NCBI GenBank assembly: GCA_900617105.1
Contig: UYFQ01000539.1
Coordinates: 62,001 to 126,000 of the forward strand
DNA length: 64,000 nucleotides
Origin: Hydrurus foetidus
Taxonomy: Eukaryota
Direction of reading: 5' to 3'
The notes beneath the pieces were generated by a model that was not told the origin of the DNA, made no database searches, and was given only the letters and a program-made list of their open reading frames with translations. Both the position numbers and the translations under genes were made by a program. Below are positions 42,920-56,361 of this stretch, piece by piece (position 1 is the stretch's first letter; every line of letters begins with the position of its first letter).

Positions 42920-45900
42920 ATGATGGACACTCGCAATAGCAATGGTTCGAGTCGAGCCAGGAGTAGAATAGCTGATGTTCTCGCTGATGCAAGGGCCTCT
43001 CTAATCGAGCCATCTCGACCATTTACGCCTGCCAGTCTAGATCAACGCACGTCTCTAAGTAATATCAAGTCCCTCGACAAACACTGTAAGTTACTCATCC
43101 ATTGAACGCTTAGCCTACTGAAATAATTATTATTTTGGGCAACTGTAAGTATAATTTACGCTGTGCTGAGCACTACTGCGACTGTAGCTACTGTCTTTTC
43201 TGTGATGATCTTTTGTGATCTTTCTTCATTTGTATTTGCTGTCTTCGGATACTCAACACTCACCAATTGGAATCTCTACATTCCACTATTACAGCAAGAA
43301 TTGCCCTGACGAGGTCTAGCATGTCACAGGGATCGTTATTGAGAAATAGTTACGAAATTCCTAAAGCTCGAATTCACGATGGAATTGATTTGTCAAATAA
43401 GCGGAGTAATGAAGGGAAAGAAAGAGAAAGAGAGAGTGCATCAGAAGTGAAGAAATCTGTCTCCCATCAGAATTCTGCTGAGAACAGTGAAGTTCCAAAG
43501 TTGAGAACAGTCGTTAGGAATACTGCAGAAGATGACGTACTTACCAACGTACGATTTTTAAAATCAATTATTCCTCCTATATCTCCGGATGGCAGTCCGT
43601 ATTATGAGAATTCCGATAATGAAGATTTGAAAATGTGTGACGTCATCAGTTTAAAAGAATTCTGCATTGATTCTTATGATTCTGTGGAGAATATTTCGAA
43701 ATATTTGGTAAGTGAAGAATCAAGGAATTTAAAAGGTCAGTTATGTTGTAATACATATTTATTGATTCGCTGATATTTTCTGAAATTTGTATGCGATTGA
43801 TTCCGCTTATGTTGATTTTACTCTTCTGTATTTATGTACCTCTTTATTATGATTAAATAGACAATTAATGAATGACATGGTAACAAATTCAATGTGAGCC
43901 ATTTTGGCTGTATAGTTGTAACACAAATTCTGCGTATACTCCATTGAGAATAGGAAATATTCGAAGCCTTTCTAAAGAGTTCATCCTCGGAATTGTCTTT
44001 ACATAATTTACAGTTTACATTAATGGTTAAGAAATATTTATGTCCAATTAAGCATACTTTATCATGTTATATTTGTTAATTTCATTCTATTCTTAAATTA
44101 TCTTACAGTTGTGATGGAGATAATAATCGCCATTGAAGGAATGTTTTATTATATTACTTTTAACGATAAAATCGGTAATGAAAACGAAAATGAATTCACA
44201 CGGAAATTAGCCTGTAGGTTAATTATCCGTTTAAGTTTAGCGGTCATACGAAAATTGGATCTATTTAACGATTTTTCAGATGCAGATAAAATGAACACAA
44301 AATTGAAATTCATAATTGAAGTGTTCTCGGCAACAATAAAAACTATGTTTCGATTTTTGAAAATATTTATTGAGAGTAATAGCCTGAATAACACTTCTAT
44401 ATTCATAGAAAATAGTGCTGCATTAAGTGATTTAAATAACAAGCATTTAATGATTCCAAATGTAGATACAAATGAATTTGATTTATCTTCCTATGGAAAT
44501 TTATCAGATCTTCTAAACGATTTTATATTCCAAAATAGTTTTGATTTATTGCTTGAATTTCAAAATATGATGTCTACTTTGCTACCAAATTTGGGACTCA
44601 ATGTAATTGACTCAATCGGAAAAATAAATGAAAATAAAAGGAATCAAAATAACAATAATGATAACGATGAAAGTGACAATGATAATAACGAAAGAAATGA
44701 AAATAAAACAAGTAATAAAATGAATAAAAAATCAAAATACTATGAAAAAGAAAATCAATTTTTCGCTGTATTAGAAATTTCAATATTTATTGCCGGTATA
44801 TTGCGTCATCACTCATGTGATGAATTAAATAGAAAGAAGTCTTACTCATTAAATTTGATGGGAAACATAACCGAGGAATTAAAATCCATTGGAAGCTTTA
44901 CAGTGGAATGTCAAAAAATGATAATATTTAATATCGAAAAAACGAAGAATAATATGATTGATTTCTCGACAGGATTTAGTATGGATGTCTTATTAAACAA
45001 AATAGTGGAAAAATTAAGTCAGTGTGTTGTGCAACTTGTGGTTGTTATTAGAAATTTCTCATTGGATATAAACGGTAAAACTCAACTTTTAAATACGAAA
45101 ATGATCGGCCTATTATGTTCTTTATTAAAACCGTTTAAAAAATTTCCGGAATTGATTTTGAATTGTGTAAGAGTTACTGCAAAACTTTCTTTACAGGATA
45201 ATTTCCGTGCTCAAATTAACAGTAAATCTGCACAAATAAAATGTTTAATTGAAGTTTTAGTATATGAAGGAATTTACTGCAGGAACATAATGAATGGAGA
45301 AGGGTACAAAAATGATATAAAATCTAGTTTTTGTGATATTTTTAATGTTAAAAATGGAAAAAATAGCAGTCGAAATAATTTCAGAGATATTAGTGAGAAA
45401 GAAAAATTCAAAAAATATGCCAATGAAGAAAAAGAAAATTTCGAGAGAAAAGACAAAAACAGCGATGACAGCGATTTCAGTGAAAACAAAAATAACGAAA
45501 ATCGCTTTGCTAAAAATAGAATTTACGGTAAGAAAGATCCGAGTAGAAAAAAAGAAAATAGTGAAGAGAATAAAAATGACAGGTATTCCGAAAAAAATAA
45601 AAGCGATGCTAAGCATCGAAACGATTATGATAAGGACAAAGAAAAGGAATACGTGGAAGATGAAGATGAAGAGGAAGATGAGGAAAGTAGTGATGATGAT
45701 GATGATGATGACGACGAAAAGGAAGATGATGCTTGTTGGCCGTTTTGGTATACGTGGCCGCTCATTTCCCGCATAACTTTTACCTTGGGAAATTTAACAA
45801 CATCAAATAGCAACAACAGGTAAACAAATAGTAAACGGAAATTTTCGTATATGTGTATTACGATGTCCAACGTACATTACCAAATTTGACAACTTTCTCT

Positions 45901-48900
45901 ACTTTTTCCTTTCACCATTTTTTTTGTCTTCTGTGCTTTTTTAATCTCGAGCTCCTTCATTTTTCTTGTACTATGTTATACAAACTCGAACTGAAACCAT
46001 ATTTGACATATCTCTTTTTGCTGATTTGTTATTTCAAATTTAACTATTTGATTTATTTATTTCGAAATGATGTATTCAAATGATTACTTAAAAAACGAGA
46101 AATAATTAGTAATCAAAACGTGTTTTATTTTAATTATCATAATACAGAGTAAAAATCGGATTAGAGTGCAAGTCACTCTTGCCAATTCTTTCCCTACTTC
46201 AAGTAAGTATTTGAAAAACGATAAAGTATTATTCGCACTTTTATAAACGGAGATATTTGTATCTCTGAATTTATACGGTGCTTTTATTTTATTTTATTTT
46301 ATTTTATTTTATTTTATTTTTTCCATTTGTGAGATTTTTCTTCTGCGATTTCGCTTTTTGAATCTGAAATTAAATCCCAAAACATTTTGGGTTGGTGAGC
46401 AACCAAAATTCAAAATTTTTACTTCACTGTTCATTTCTTATAACAGCTAATTAAATTATTTGAATATCCATTTACTTAAGATGGATTATTGATATTTTGG
46501 CAAAAAAAATTATGTTTCAGCATATTCCATTCTATTTTTCGAATAATATTCAGGCATGCGCTGGATCCTTGTACCAAATTTATGCAACGAAAAAAGAAAT
46601 GCAAAATAGCGAAAAATGTGATACGGACAAGAAGAATGCTCTGAAAGACAGTAGTGATGATGATGATGACGACGGTGATGATGTTAGTGATTCGTTTCAT
46701 GATTGCATTGAATGTGCATTACTGGCACTATATTCCGATGGTTCAATGTTATCAATGGCAGTATTATTTAAAGTCGTTTTTCTTGCCATATCTTCACCTA
46801 ATATTTTGCCATTTTTCTTCGCCTCATCCTATTTCTCGAACCCACAACTAAACAGCAATATCATATTTTTCTCCAAAAATATGACAGCTGAAAACAACGA
46901 TTCTCACTCTATATTCGTCATATATGCTTCAAGATCCTGAAAACTGCTGTTTTATTTTGAATCCGACAGTATCCAGTATTATCTACACAACACTCTATTC
47001 ATAATGAAACAACGCACTTCACCTTGAAGAATGACCGTAGTTCTCGTCCCCCTCCCACCTCCTTTCTCTCATTCCCTCCCTCTCACCCCTTCCCTCTCTC
47101 TCCTCCCTCCCCCTCCCTTCCCTCCCTTACTCCCTTAGGACTCCAACACAGCTGTGGAACAGGAACTGTCTGACGCCACTGTGAAGCTGCTACGCCTTCT
47201 CGCGAACCTCTCCATCGAGCAGAGCATAGGAGAGCAGCTAGCCGCCACCCCCGATACCATTCAGGTATACACACACATTACCGGGATAGAATAAAGTATC
47301 CGGAACAGAATGAAACTAAATTTAAATATTCTTGAAATCATCATTTTCACCTTGGAGTCATCTTCATCAATCTGGCTTTTATCACATCTCAAGGCTCCTC
47401 TTTTGTTCCAGGTCCACGTTTCATCTGGACCCACCCCTATACACGACAATTAAGTGTATCGTACTGAAAACTGAAAACAGTGCAGTACAGGCAATTGTCG
47501 TGTATAGGGGTGGGTCCAGATTAAACGTGGACCTGGAACAAAAGAGGAGACTTGATCTCAAGTGACCGTGTACGTCATGTCTTCACGCATTCGACAGTGT
47601 CAAGATCTACCAGTATGGTGCATCAAGTATCGTATGAATGGTATTTACACACGTACAAGATCTATCTGTGGCGATGTATTCAGTGGAGGTGTGAATTGTT
47701 TTGAGTGTGGTAATGATACATCATCAGCGGGGATCACGAAATTGCACCATATAATGTCATCGATGACGTTAATCTGTTTCTTGCTCTCCACTGGTGGATG
47801 TGATTGCTGCGCTGGGATGATTGACACCTGTCCCTACTTAAATTACAATTGCAACATCTACCCTCTTAGTTTTATTTTCATGCGCACTTCTATTAGTTGA
47901 ATTTTGTAGTGGTGCAAAAAAGAAGAATCCGTGCGTGTCTTACACATCCCAATCAACTCACATCTTCACCCACGTTTCTTCTTCATTTCTTCCAGATGCT
48001 AACCGATCTCGTTGCCTGCTCTTCAAGAGCACATATAGAAATCGGAAGTACGGACACCGCACAAACCGTACGTGATCTGGAATGTACGAGTCCAGGGTCT
48101 CCTGAGGACGAAGAATTACTTTTGAATGCTGTGGCTGCGTGCACGAACATCACGTTCTACGCTTGCAAGGTACGTACGTACGTGTGTCTGTACATGCGTT
48201 TGTACATTCTTGAAGTGACATCTAGACAGCAGTTGAATATTTTTTGTTTATGGAAGTACTTGACGAATTTGCGTGATGTAAATTGCCCTCAGAAACCGAA
48301 TTCAATTCTACAGCGACATGATACTCCCATTAACTTGCCACTTCCACAACGTATTTTCTTGTACGTATGAGTGTATACGCTTGTACATACGTGTACTAGA
48401 ATAATTATTATTCACATACTGTCAGATTATTTCATTTCTCCTCTATTAAATTATTATTATCAAAAAGTATTTAGCTATATGATATCAACGCATATATTAC
48501 TGTCATATTCCTCATTTTTCTTTTCCTCATTTTTCTTATTGTCATGTTCCTTATTTTTCTTATTGTCATATTCCTCATTTTTCTTATTGTCATATTCCTC
48601 ATTTTTCTTACTGTCATATTCCTCATTTTTCTTTTCCTCATTTTTCTTATTGTCATATTTTTCATTTTTCTTATTGTCATATTCCTCATTTTTCTTATTG
48701 TCATATTCCTCATTTTTCTTATTGTCATATTTTTCATTTTTCTTAGTATTACATTTCTTCAAAGCATATCATTGTATGTATCAGACTTATCATTTTATCT
48801 CTATCCTTCGTTGCAGTACTCGTAACATTTATTATTTTATTTTAATACTTTAGGAAGAAAATGTCTTTGCAGACATTCCGGATAAAAACAAAAGCGAAAA

Positions 48901-49385
48901 TAACTCTAAAAATAAAGAAAGAACAGAAAGTGCTCCTTCTACTCCTAACAGAAGAGAAAGACAATTGGTATCTTTATCGAAACAACTTGCGAACTGTTTA
49001 TTTCATCAAAATGAGGAAATTGTATTGGAGAGCGTGAGGGCTTTAGGTGAGTTGCGAGAAATGTTAAATGTACGCGTACGTGTGTTCTTTTTTAATGTGT
49101 GTGTTGAAATATCAATGCACGTGTGTGTGTGTGTCGCTGGATGTCCGCATGTCTGTCTAATTCTCTCAATTCGAATTCTAAAGAGGGGTGGATGTATGCA
49201 CATTTCCAAAATGATTGCTGTGTACCCTGACAATTATTCCCTCCCCCCCGTCCGCATTTCATCCCACTCACCCTATCCCTCACACGTACACTCGCTCACG
49301 CACACATACAGGTACTTACAATCTGACACATACCGGCACTGACGCTCTCTGACACAATTATAATCTCATACACGTCCACTTACTG

Positions 49386-49425
<40 letters not shown>

Positions 49426-50930
49426 ACACACATACGTACCACTTACTCTCTCTCTACACACACCAATCCATATAAATAAATTCATCTATACACCTACACA
49501 CACACACAGGCAATTTGTCTCGCAGCAAGGAAGTGACTCGATCCCTCCTCCAAACTCGCTCTGACGAAGCACTGCTGTTGCTGCTGAGCCATCCGAGCAA
49601 GGAAATCGTGAAGGCGGTCAGCGGTGCACTGGTGAATTTATCCGGAGATGTTGGGTGGAGGAGTTCATACTTTGCACGGAGCAGCGGAGGAGGTGCGTCA
49701 GTGTTGTGTTGTGTTGTGTTGTATCATGCTGCACTGCACATTTACGTGGACATTTTACATATTTCATGGCGCATTTTCGTAATGCACTTGATTTGGTATT
49801 GGATTTGATGTGGAAACAGCGGCTGACCCATCTGTATTAGAAGTCCTTCATTGCCTAATCTGCAGGACGCTTTATTCCCTGTGAGCATCATATCAAGTCA
49901 TCCACTTCCTCCACTATGATTTCCGCTTCTAGTCTACTAGAGTGTTCCGTTCTGTTCATTTTTATTATCCTCCCTGTTTGTTTTCCTTTCCTAGCTTTTC
50001 CTCTTATTTATTTCATCGTTGATTGACTGATTTAATAATCTCTAATTAATTCGTTGATTTGATAACTTTTAAAATTATTTTTGATTTGTTTATTAATTTA
50101 TTTGCTCATCTGATTCTTTCATCGCTCTCTCCTTCTCTTTATTCAATTGGTTCTTTGTCCATTCAGAGCCCTCCAAGTCTAGTCCTTTTCCTCCCCTGCT
50201 TCAAGTCTTAAGAAGGAGTGCGCTAAAGGATCTAGGACTCTCCATTCTAGTCTGTCAGGTAGCAAAATTTAATAGAATTCGCATCTAATTTTATTTTTTA
50301 TTTTTTCACCTTTGATACACGAGTTAGTGGATGTGTCTTTCTTCTTTTCGTTTTCTTCCTTTTTTTTGGTTCATTTATTTATTTTTCTCCTGACCTCGTG
50401 GCGCGCCCATGTTATTTGAAAATGAGCAAAAACTGATTTAAATCTTTCAAATTCCCGTTACGCTCTTGTTTTTGTTGATCTCATTTTATTTCATCGAAAA
50501 TTTGTTGGTCTCATTTTATTTCATTCCCCAGGTTCTCCATAACTTATTGCAACTTGACGGAAACAAAGAGAAATCGGTGAAAAACAACGATTCTTCCAAA
50601 AACAAATCCACGGAAAATTCTGTGGGGAACATTCTTTTGATTCACAGACTTCCTCAACTTTTAATTTCCACTCTAGATGAGTTGATAGACTGTTCAGATG
50701 ATATGTCGGAGACATTAAAATCTTTACTAGTGACGGACAGACGAACAGATAATACTAAAAATAGTAATAATGATAATAAAAATAGCAAAAATATTCATTT
50801 CGATAAGACAAATCATATATTTACGATGCCTGAATTTCGAAATACAAATGAAAGCATTAAAAAATATCTTGATTTTTCAAAAATTGCAAGATCAGTGTTG
50901 GAAAATATTAAAAATCATGAAAAATCTTAA
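42920..50930 (+). CDS. ARMC2: Armadillo repeat-containing protein 2 (ciliary radial-spoke transport adaptor), about 11 exons
   Basis: N-terminal ARASLIEPSRPFTP; ELILNCVRVTAKLSL, RITFTLGNLTTSN, KLLRLLANLSIEQSIG, EELLLNAVAACTNITFY, ESVRALGNLSR, GALVNLS, LVCQVLHN. Confidence 0.82.
47390..47554. mobile_element. 165-bp foldback / MITE-like element in an ARMC2 intron
   Basis: 62-bp inverted arms (47390-47451 and 47493-47554, 2 mismatches), termini CAAG...CTTG, flanked by ATCT on both sides (47386-47389 and 47555-47558). Confidence 0.72.
48497..48745 (+). repeat. Intronic minisatellite, unit about 24 bp (TTATTGTCATATTCCTCATTTTTC) with shorter 15-bp variants
   Basis: Directly visible tandem copies. 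Confidence 0.9.
49389..49509 (+). repeat. (CA)n tracts running into the 3' splice site of an ARMC2 intron
   Basis: (CA)n at 49389-49431 and CACACCTACACACACACACAG|GC at the acceptor (49509). Confidence 0.9.
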
Positions 50931-51512
50931 TTTGCATCTAATTTGAATTTTTCACTTATTACGCTGAATATCTGTTTTGACAACAATTCGATTTTAATCG
51001 TTGTAACAATTTCATATTAATTTATTGATCTGTTGTACAAATAAAGGAACGAATTTTTCATTTTTTTCCTAATCTTACTTACTGGAACAAATTTGAAATA
51101 TTGATGAAATAATTTGAATTAATTGTAACTAAGAGTGCACGTACATACACCAACAATAATACGTACGTACGTACCGTACAATTTCTTATTTTAATTGAGT
51201 CCAAAATTCAAAACATTATGTACACATTCTACAGTGAAAAAAACAGAAACTAGTCGTAGCTCAAAATCACTGACTCCCAATATTCACTGGTGTGTAGTAA
51301 GGCAGAACAGTGCAGTACAGGACGAACTATTATCATCGAATTATTTAAAAGTAGCACTTTGGAGTAAATGGATTACAATGGAGCAAGTTGTATGTTTGAG
51401 AGTGGGGAACAACTCTCATCCGAATTCCAACCGATTTAATCTATTTTCTGTATCGATAATTGCCACTCAGTTCAATGCGGTGCGTACTTCAATAGGAAGA
51501 AAGTTTTTCAAT

Positions 51513-53048
51513 TTATTCTAGCGCGCCTGTCGAAGTTTCTGAATCTAAATCGTCTAAGGCTGTAACGAAAAAAGAAAATGCATCGGAACCAATCCCATCT
51601 AATTGTTTCGATTTCTTTGAGCTTTCTTTTTTATTTGAGTTCTCATTTTTAATTTCTTTTTTAATCGTGGCATCTAATGGTCTTTTCGGTAAAGCTTCCC
51701 ACATTTCATTGAATTTAGAAGTTGAAAGATCACCTTCTTTTATCAGTTGTTGCACTTCACTCCATTCCAATAATTGATCGAAACTTATCAGATCTTCACC
51801 ACCGCTTAATTTCGCAAATTCTTCTTGGTAAAATTTTTCAACATCATCATCTGACAAGTTTCCTAACGCCTCTTTTATTTCATCTAAAACTACGTCAAGA
51901 CGTACGTTCATACGTGCGAAGATTTCAAAATTTATGAAACCGTTTTTAACATCGCTCGAGTCTTCTTTAAAACCTTTTTTCGGATTTTTCTTTTCATCAT
52001 TATCAGCTGACGGTAGTTTATTATTTTTTTCTTGTATAGCCTCCGCCCATAACTCTGATAAGCACGTTTCATCTAACTCACCATCTATCAACATTTGTTT
52101 GATGTCTTGCCATTGACAGAATCTACTATAACTCAACAATCCATTTTTTTCATCAGCATTCTCATCGTAAAATTTCTTAAGATACTTTAAGAAATCTAGG
52201 CCAAAATAATCCTTTACGTCAAACTCTGAATCCCACATTCCTATATCTCTCACTTCAATTATCTCACCATCTGCAAGAATAATCAATGACAGAGGGGAAA
52301 TGTCATCATCAACAATGCATATTTTGTCAATTATTTGCGTCATCGTCCAGAGAATGGGATCGAGGTTTTCATATAATCAATTTGTGAAATAGGTATGTTG
52401 TCATTATCCATTCTTTGACACTGCGTCAGCTCGAGAGTGTTCACGCAATGTTTAGTATCCTATTAACTACTCTGATTCATCATGTTCAAGAAAACATCTC
52501 GTAATGCATCCTGCAAGAATAAGATTACCTTCAAGCTCTTCCTCAGTATTGCTATTCCTTTTATCGATGATATCGCTTAGTTCTTGTCCCTCATCGTCTT
52601 CAACATCATCAATATACTCAAATAAATCGTCAACTTCGCGATTTATGGCTATGAAAAGAGCACAATCAATCGATTTCTCAACCGATGTCGCTTTCGAAAT
52701 CCAAATTTCTCGAATATCGCCCAAATATTCATCTGAGTCCTCATCAGATAGTATCGCCTGGATAGCCTCTGATCCAAGAAAATCCTCGAATGATATGAGA
52801 GTTCTTCCTCCAGCTATTCTCGAGAATTCTTCGTTGAGATACGTCAAGTCCTCGCCGAAAGAGTCAGCATCATCACTAGACTCTGACATCGACAACGGCA
52901 TGAAAGATGCATCTCGACAGGTTTTAGCATTTTTGACATTTCCACTAATATCGATCCTTTGATGGCTTGCATGGTGAGAACGAAAAACGTTCCTAATGCC
53001 GAACCCTTCCAGCCATCCAACTGATGCCAGCAGCAGAAGGAACTTCAT
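51513..53048 (-). CDS. Putative plastid-targeted acidic protein with repeated EF-hand-like helical units, 2 exons
   Basis: Signal peptide MKFLLLLASVGWLEG|F, then an Arg/Ser/His-rich transit peptide. Three repeats of type ISFEDFL..EAIQAIL / LSYSRFCQWQDIKQML / ISFDQLLEWSEVQQLI. Intron 52271-52528. Alternative ATG at 53072. Confidence 0.7.
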
Positions 53049-53137
53049 AACTTCTGTCGACTGCGACCTCATTGAAACGGTATTTATGATGATTTTAAAA
53101 AGTGATAGCGATGGGTGCTTTATATTTTGGGGATATT

Positions 53138-53483
53138 TGTTGGGCTTTTCGGCTAATCCGGTGGATATAGCATAGCGACTCCGCGTAACTCGTGACTTGG
53201 ACCCGAGACTCGTGAAACAAGACTGTATGTTTAATCAATTGATAATTAGACTTGTGTCGCTGTCTGCACACGACGGCAACACAGTCCTTTACAATCATCA
53301 AGATCGAATCACACATCAGTCAATGCACAGTATCTTGCAAGGACAAAGTCCGTGAAGACTACACAGCCAACGGGGTCCCGGCCACTAACCCCAAGGGTAC
53401 ACGCCGCTGTCCGTCGAGATCCACGCACACACACTCACACGACTACTACAGTGCCTTTTCCCGATACTCCAACACGCCCAACA
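53138..53483 (-). repeat. Probable 3' LTR of the copia element (edges ambiguous)
   Basis: Follows the pol stop. Minus-strand start is TGTTGG at 53474 or 53483. The end is either CCAACA at 53138 (8-bp inverted match TGTTGGGC) or TATCA at 53240. The partner LTR lies outside the window. Confidence 0.5.
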
Positions 53484-53619
53484 GGCACACAGTAGCCCTG
53501 CATGATTTTATGTAAGAGATTCAATAGCAGAAACAGAATGAATTGATTTGCACAGCAGACACACTCATGTGAATTGATTTGCATAACAGTTAAAATTAAT
53601 AGCATGATAAAGTTTTGTT

Positions 53620-55924
53620 TTAGATCTTCTCCGTGGGGCTCGTCCATCCGGTGAGCGCGTCCCCCTCTCTGATAAATTGGGCTCCCTGGAGCGGCTTGGT
53701 GAGTACGTTCGCGTACATGTCCTTCGTGCGCAGGTACTCGATCCTCGCTTCGCTCGTGTCCACTCTCTCCTTCACCCAGAAGTAGCGGATTTGGATGTGT
53801 CTTGTGCGCTCCGCCGCCGTGCGTCCACGTCAGATGAGTGCCATGCATGACTGGTTGTCCTGCAGGATGGTGACCGGCGGCATTCCATATCCCTGTGAAA
53901 CGAGAAAGTTACAAATGAAAATCCCCTGGTTCGCAGAGTCCGATAGGCCCACGAGCTCCGCCTCCGTACTCGACTTCGTCACTATGAGCTGCTTGCTCGA
54001 CCTGCAGTGAACCGCTCCTACATCTCCGATAACGACACAGCTTCCAGTGTGAGACTTCGCATCATGGTGGACACCGTACGATGCGTCCACGAATAGCTTT
54101 ACAGTGATACCGGCCACACCCGACATGAGTACCACGCCGCTGTCCCATGTCCCGGCGATGTATCGTATGAGGCGCTGGAGCTTATCGACGTCGTCGGTGG
54201 TGCATTTGGTCACCCGAGTGGACAGGTATGATACCGCAGTGATGCACTCCGGCTTAGTGCGTTTTGCCAGATAGAGCACCATTGCGACGATCTTGTGGAA
54301 CCATACTCGGGTGGGCTCCGCCACCAACTCTGCATCCTCTCTGTATTCGAACAGTCCGTAACTACCGCGCACCCCGGATGTGGACACGACCTCATCAGTG
54401 TATCCTCGCATGGTGATCTCCGCGCGACCTGGTGAGGATAGATTCACGGACATACTAAGGTAGTTCACAACAGGTCCAAGTGCAAGTGTTATCGCACCGT
54501 ACTTACTCCGCAGCCCATTGACTAGGTGAGTCAACGCCGCCTTGTTCTTACACATGACGAGGAGGTCGTCTACATGCACTGCTGCAGTGCACTGTGATCT
54601 GTCTGACCAGACTCGGTTGAACACGCACTGATCGCATCCGTTCCTAACATACCCGAGAGAGCTCATAGTCGTCTTCAAACTATTGTACCATAGGTTCGCA
54701 CTCTCCACACACCCATATAGAGCCTTCTTGAGGCGCACGACGGTGCCACCTCCCTCATCTGCATACTTCTTGTACCTGCCGTCGATGTCTGTGATGAAGT
54801 CGGACATCGTACGGTCAAGTCGCATGTGCACCGGCACACCCTTCCTCATGTCTGCATTCAGAAATATTCACCACAGCTACATGACGATGTTCATGTGCGG
54901 CCACTGCTAGCAAAGTGAACACCGCGCTGGTTGACACCGTCGGTGAGGATAAGTCGTCATACAGTCCCTTATCTAGCTGGTCCCCCCCAGCTACCAGTCG
55001 TGCCTTGAGCATATGGAAGCTCTCGTCTGAATGATTCTTTCTCTTGAGAAACATGGATGATCGTATGATCGCTGATCGCTGTGACGCTGTGAGCACTGCT
55101 CCTCCTGACACCGGTACCCATACCTTCTTGTCTAGTATTTGCTTCAACTCATGAATGATCATCTTACTCGCTGCATCACCCCTAGTTCGCAGCGCCTCCT
55201 TCACGCTGGTGTTGGCTGTGTCGCTGTTAGCGAGCTCTGCTCGGTGCCGTTTGAGCACCTCCTCGATGCTGTGCAGTATGGCTGTCGGCCCATTTGCGGT
55301 TGTATGTACACTCCGGTTGGCTGTAACGAACGCCCCCTCTCCAGTCCGGAAGAACTCGATGACTCGCGGTGGTGGTGGAGTGTGCACTGCCAGTGCGATC
55401 TCCTGCTCAATCGCTGGATCTTCAGCCGGTGGTGGTGATGGTTGCGCTACGTCAGTTGGTATCGCGATCACACCTGGTTCCCCTTGGGGGATGTGCGATG
55501 ATGCGAGTATCGATGGAGGGTAGTCGGTGTCGTCCGGTTGAGGCAGTTGAGACTCCATAATACCGAGTCCCAATCCCACAGGTACCCCCCCCCCCACTTC
55601 GTATCGTGAGAGCTCAATGACGCTGTCTGCTCTAGGAAGATCTGCTATGACCGGTTGAGGTTGAGGTCCAGTAGGTTGATTTCCCATCTCGCTATTGACA
55701 ACACCATCCTGAGTGGGGGGGGGGTTGGTAATGAAGAGTGGCATGTTAGATTTGTCGACACTATTGGCAAATAACAGCTCATCAAACACATGTGTTTTAG
55801 TTTTGGTTATTTTCTTCCCTTCTCGTATGGCCCAGGAGTTCAAGGTCTGAATGACGGACTGGGGCATGGGTAAGATCTTGAACTGGTCCCGTGTCACGAT
55901 TTTGCCAGACGTTAGCGACAGCAT
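53620..55924 (-). pseudogene. Copia pol 3' part (RT and RNase H), disrupted
   Basis: Frameshift or deletion near 54860 in the RT 'DI..AFL' motif, in-frame TGA at 53830-53832, terminal TAA at 53620-53622. Confidence 0.88.
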
Positions 55925-56148
55925 TGTGGTCTCACTGAGGCCTTGGCAGGAACGGGAATCCGGACGGCGGAGGGCAAAGGTGAAATGGCTGTGGAACGAT
56001 GCTAAAGGATAGCAATGTGATTAGCTTACAGATAAGCACAGCAGATATCACGCAACAAATCGTATGGATCGGATCGTCCTCGATCCGAACCGTGCGTACG
56101 TTTGTACCCGAACCCGGTATACCCGGTATACTCGGTGTACGGGTCACA
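55925..56148 (-). repeat. Gypsy 3' LTR
   Basis: 221/224 identical to 63100-63323. Confidence 0.95.
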
Positions 56149-56162
56149 GTGCCCCCTCCTCG
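56149..56162 (-). other. Polypurine tract of the gypsy element
   Basis: Minus strand reads GAGGAGGGGGCAC immediately before the 3' LTR TG. Confidence 0.8.
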
Positions 56163-56361
56163 AAGAAGAAGCTAGATTTGTTACTCTATGATAAATACTA
56201 AACTACGTGTAAGTCTATGTTAAGTAACAACAATTATGTCAGACTCAATAATAATAGTAAAAAGATTATTGCCTACTGACTAAACCTCCTAAAACATCTC
56301 GGATGAGACGCAAAAAAATGGGGGGAATCATCAATGATATTGTTGTTCTCCTTTGTGTCTT

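Noticed and set aside
48371..48853. Repetitive ORFs and a CRISPR-like periodic array
   Set aside because: Head-to-tail 24-bp minisatellite with no unique spacers, inside a eukaryotic intron.
53830..53832. In-frame TGA in copia RNase H as possible read-through or Sec codon
   Set aside because: The element has other disabling lesions (frameshift, nested insertion); simple decay is more likely.
55932..56147. Duplicated 71-aa ORF (also 63107-63322)
   Set aside because: Chance reading frame within the two LTRs with a GTG start; no coding signal.
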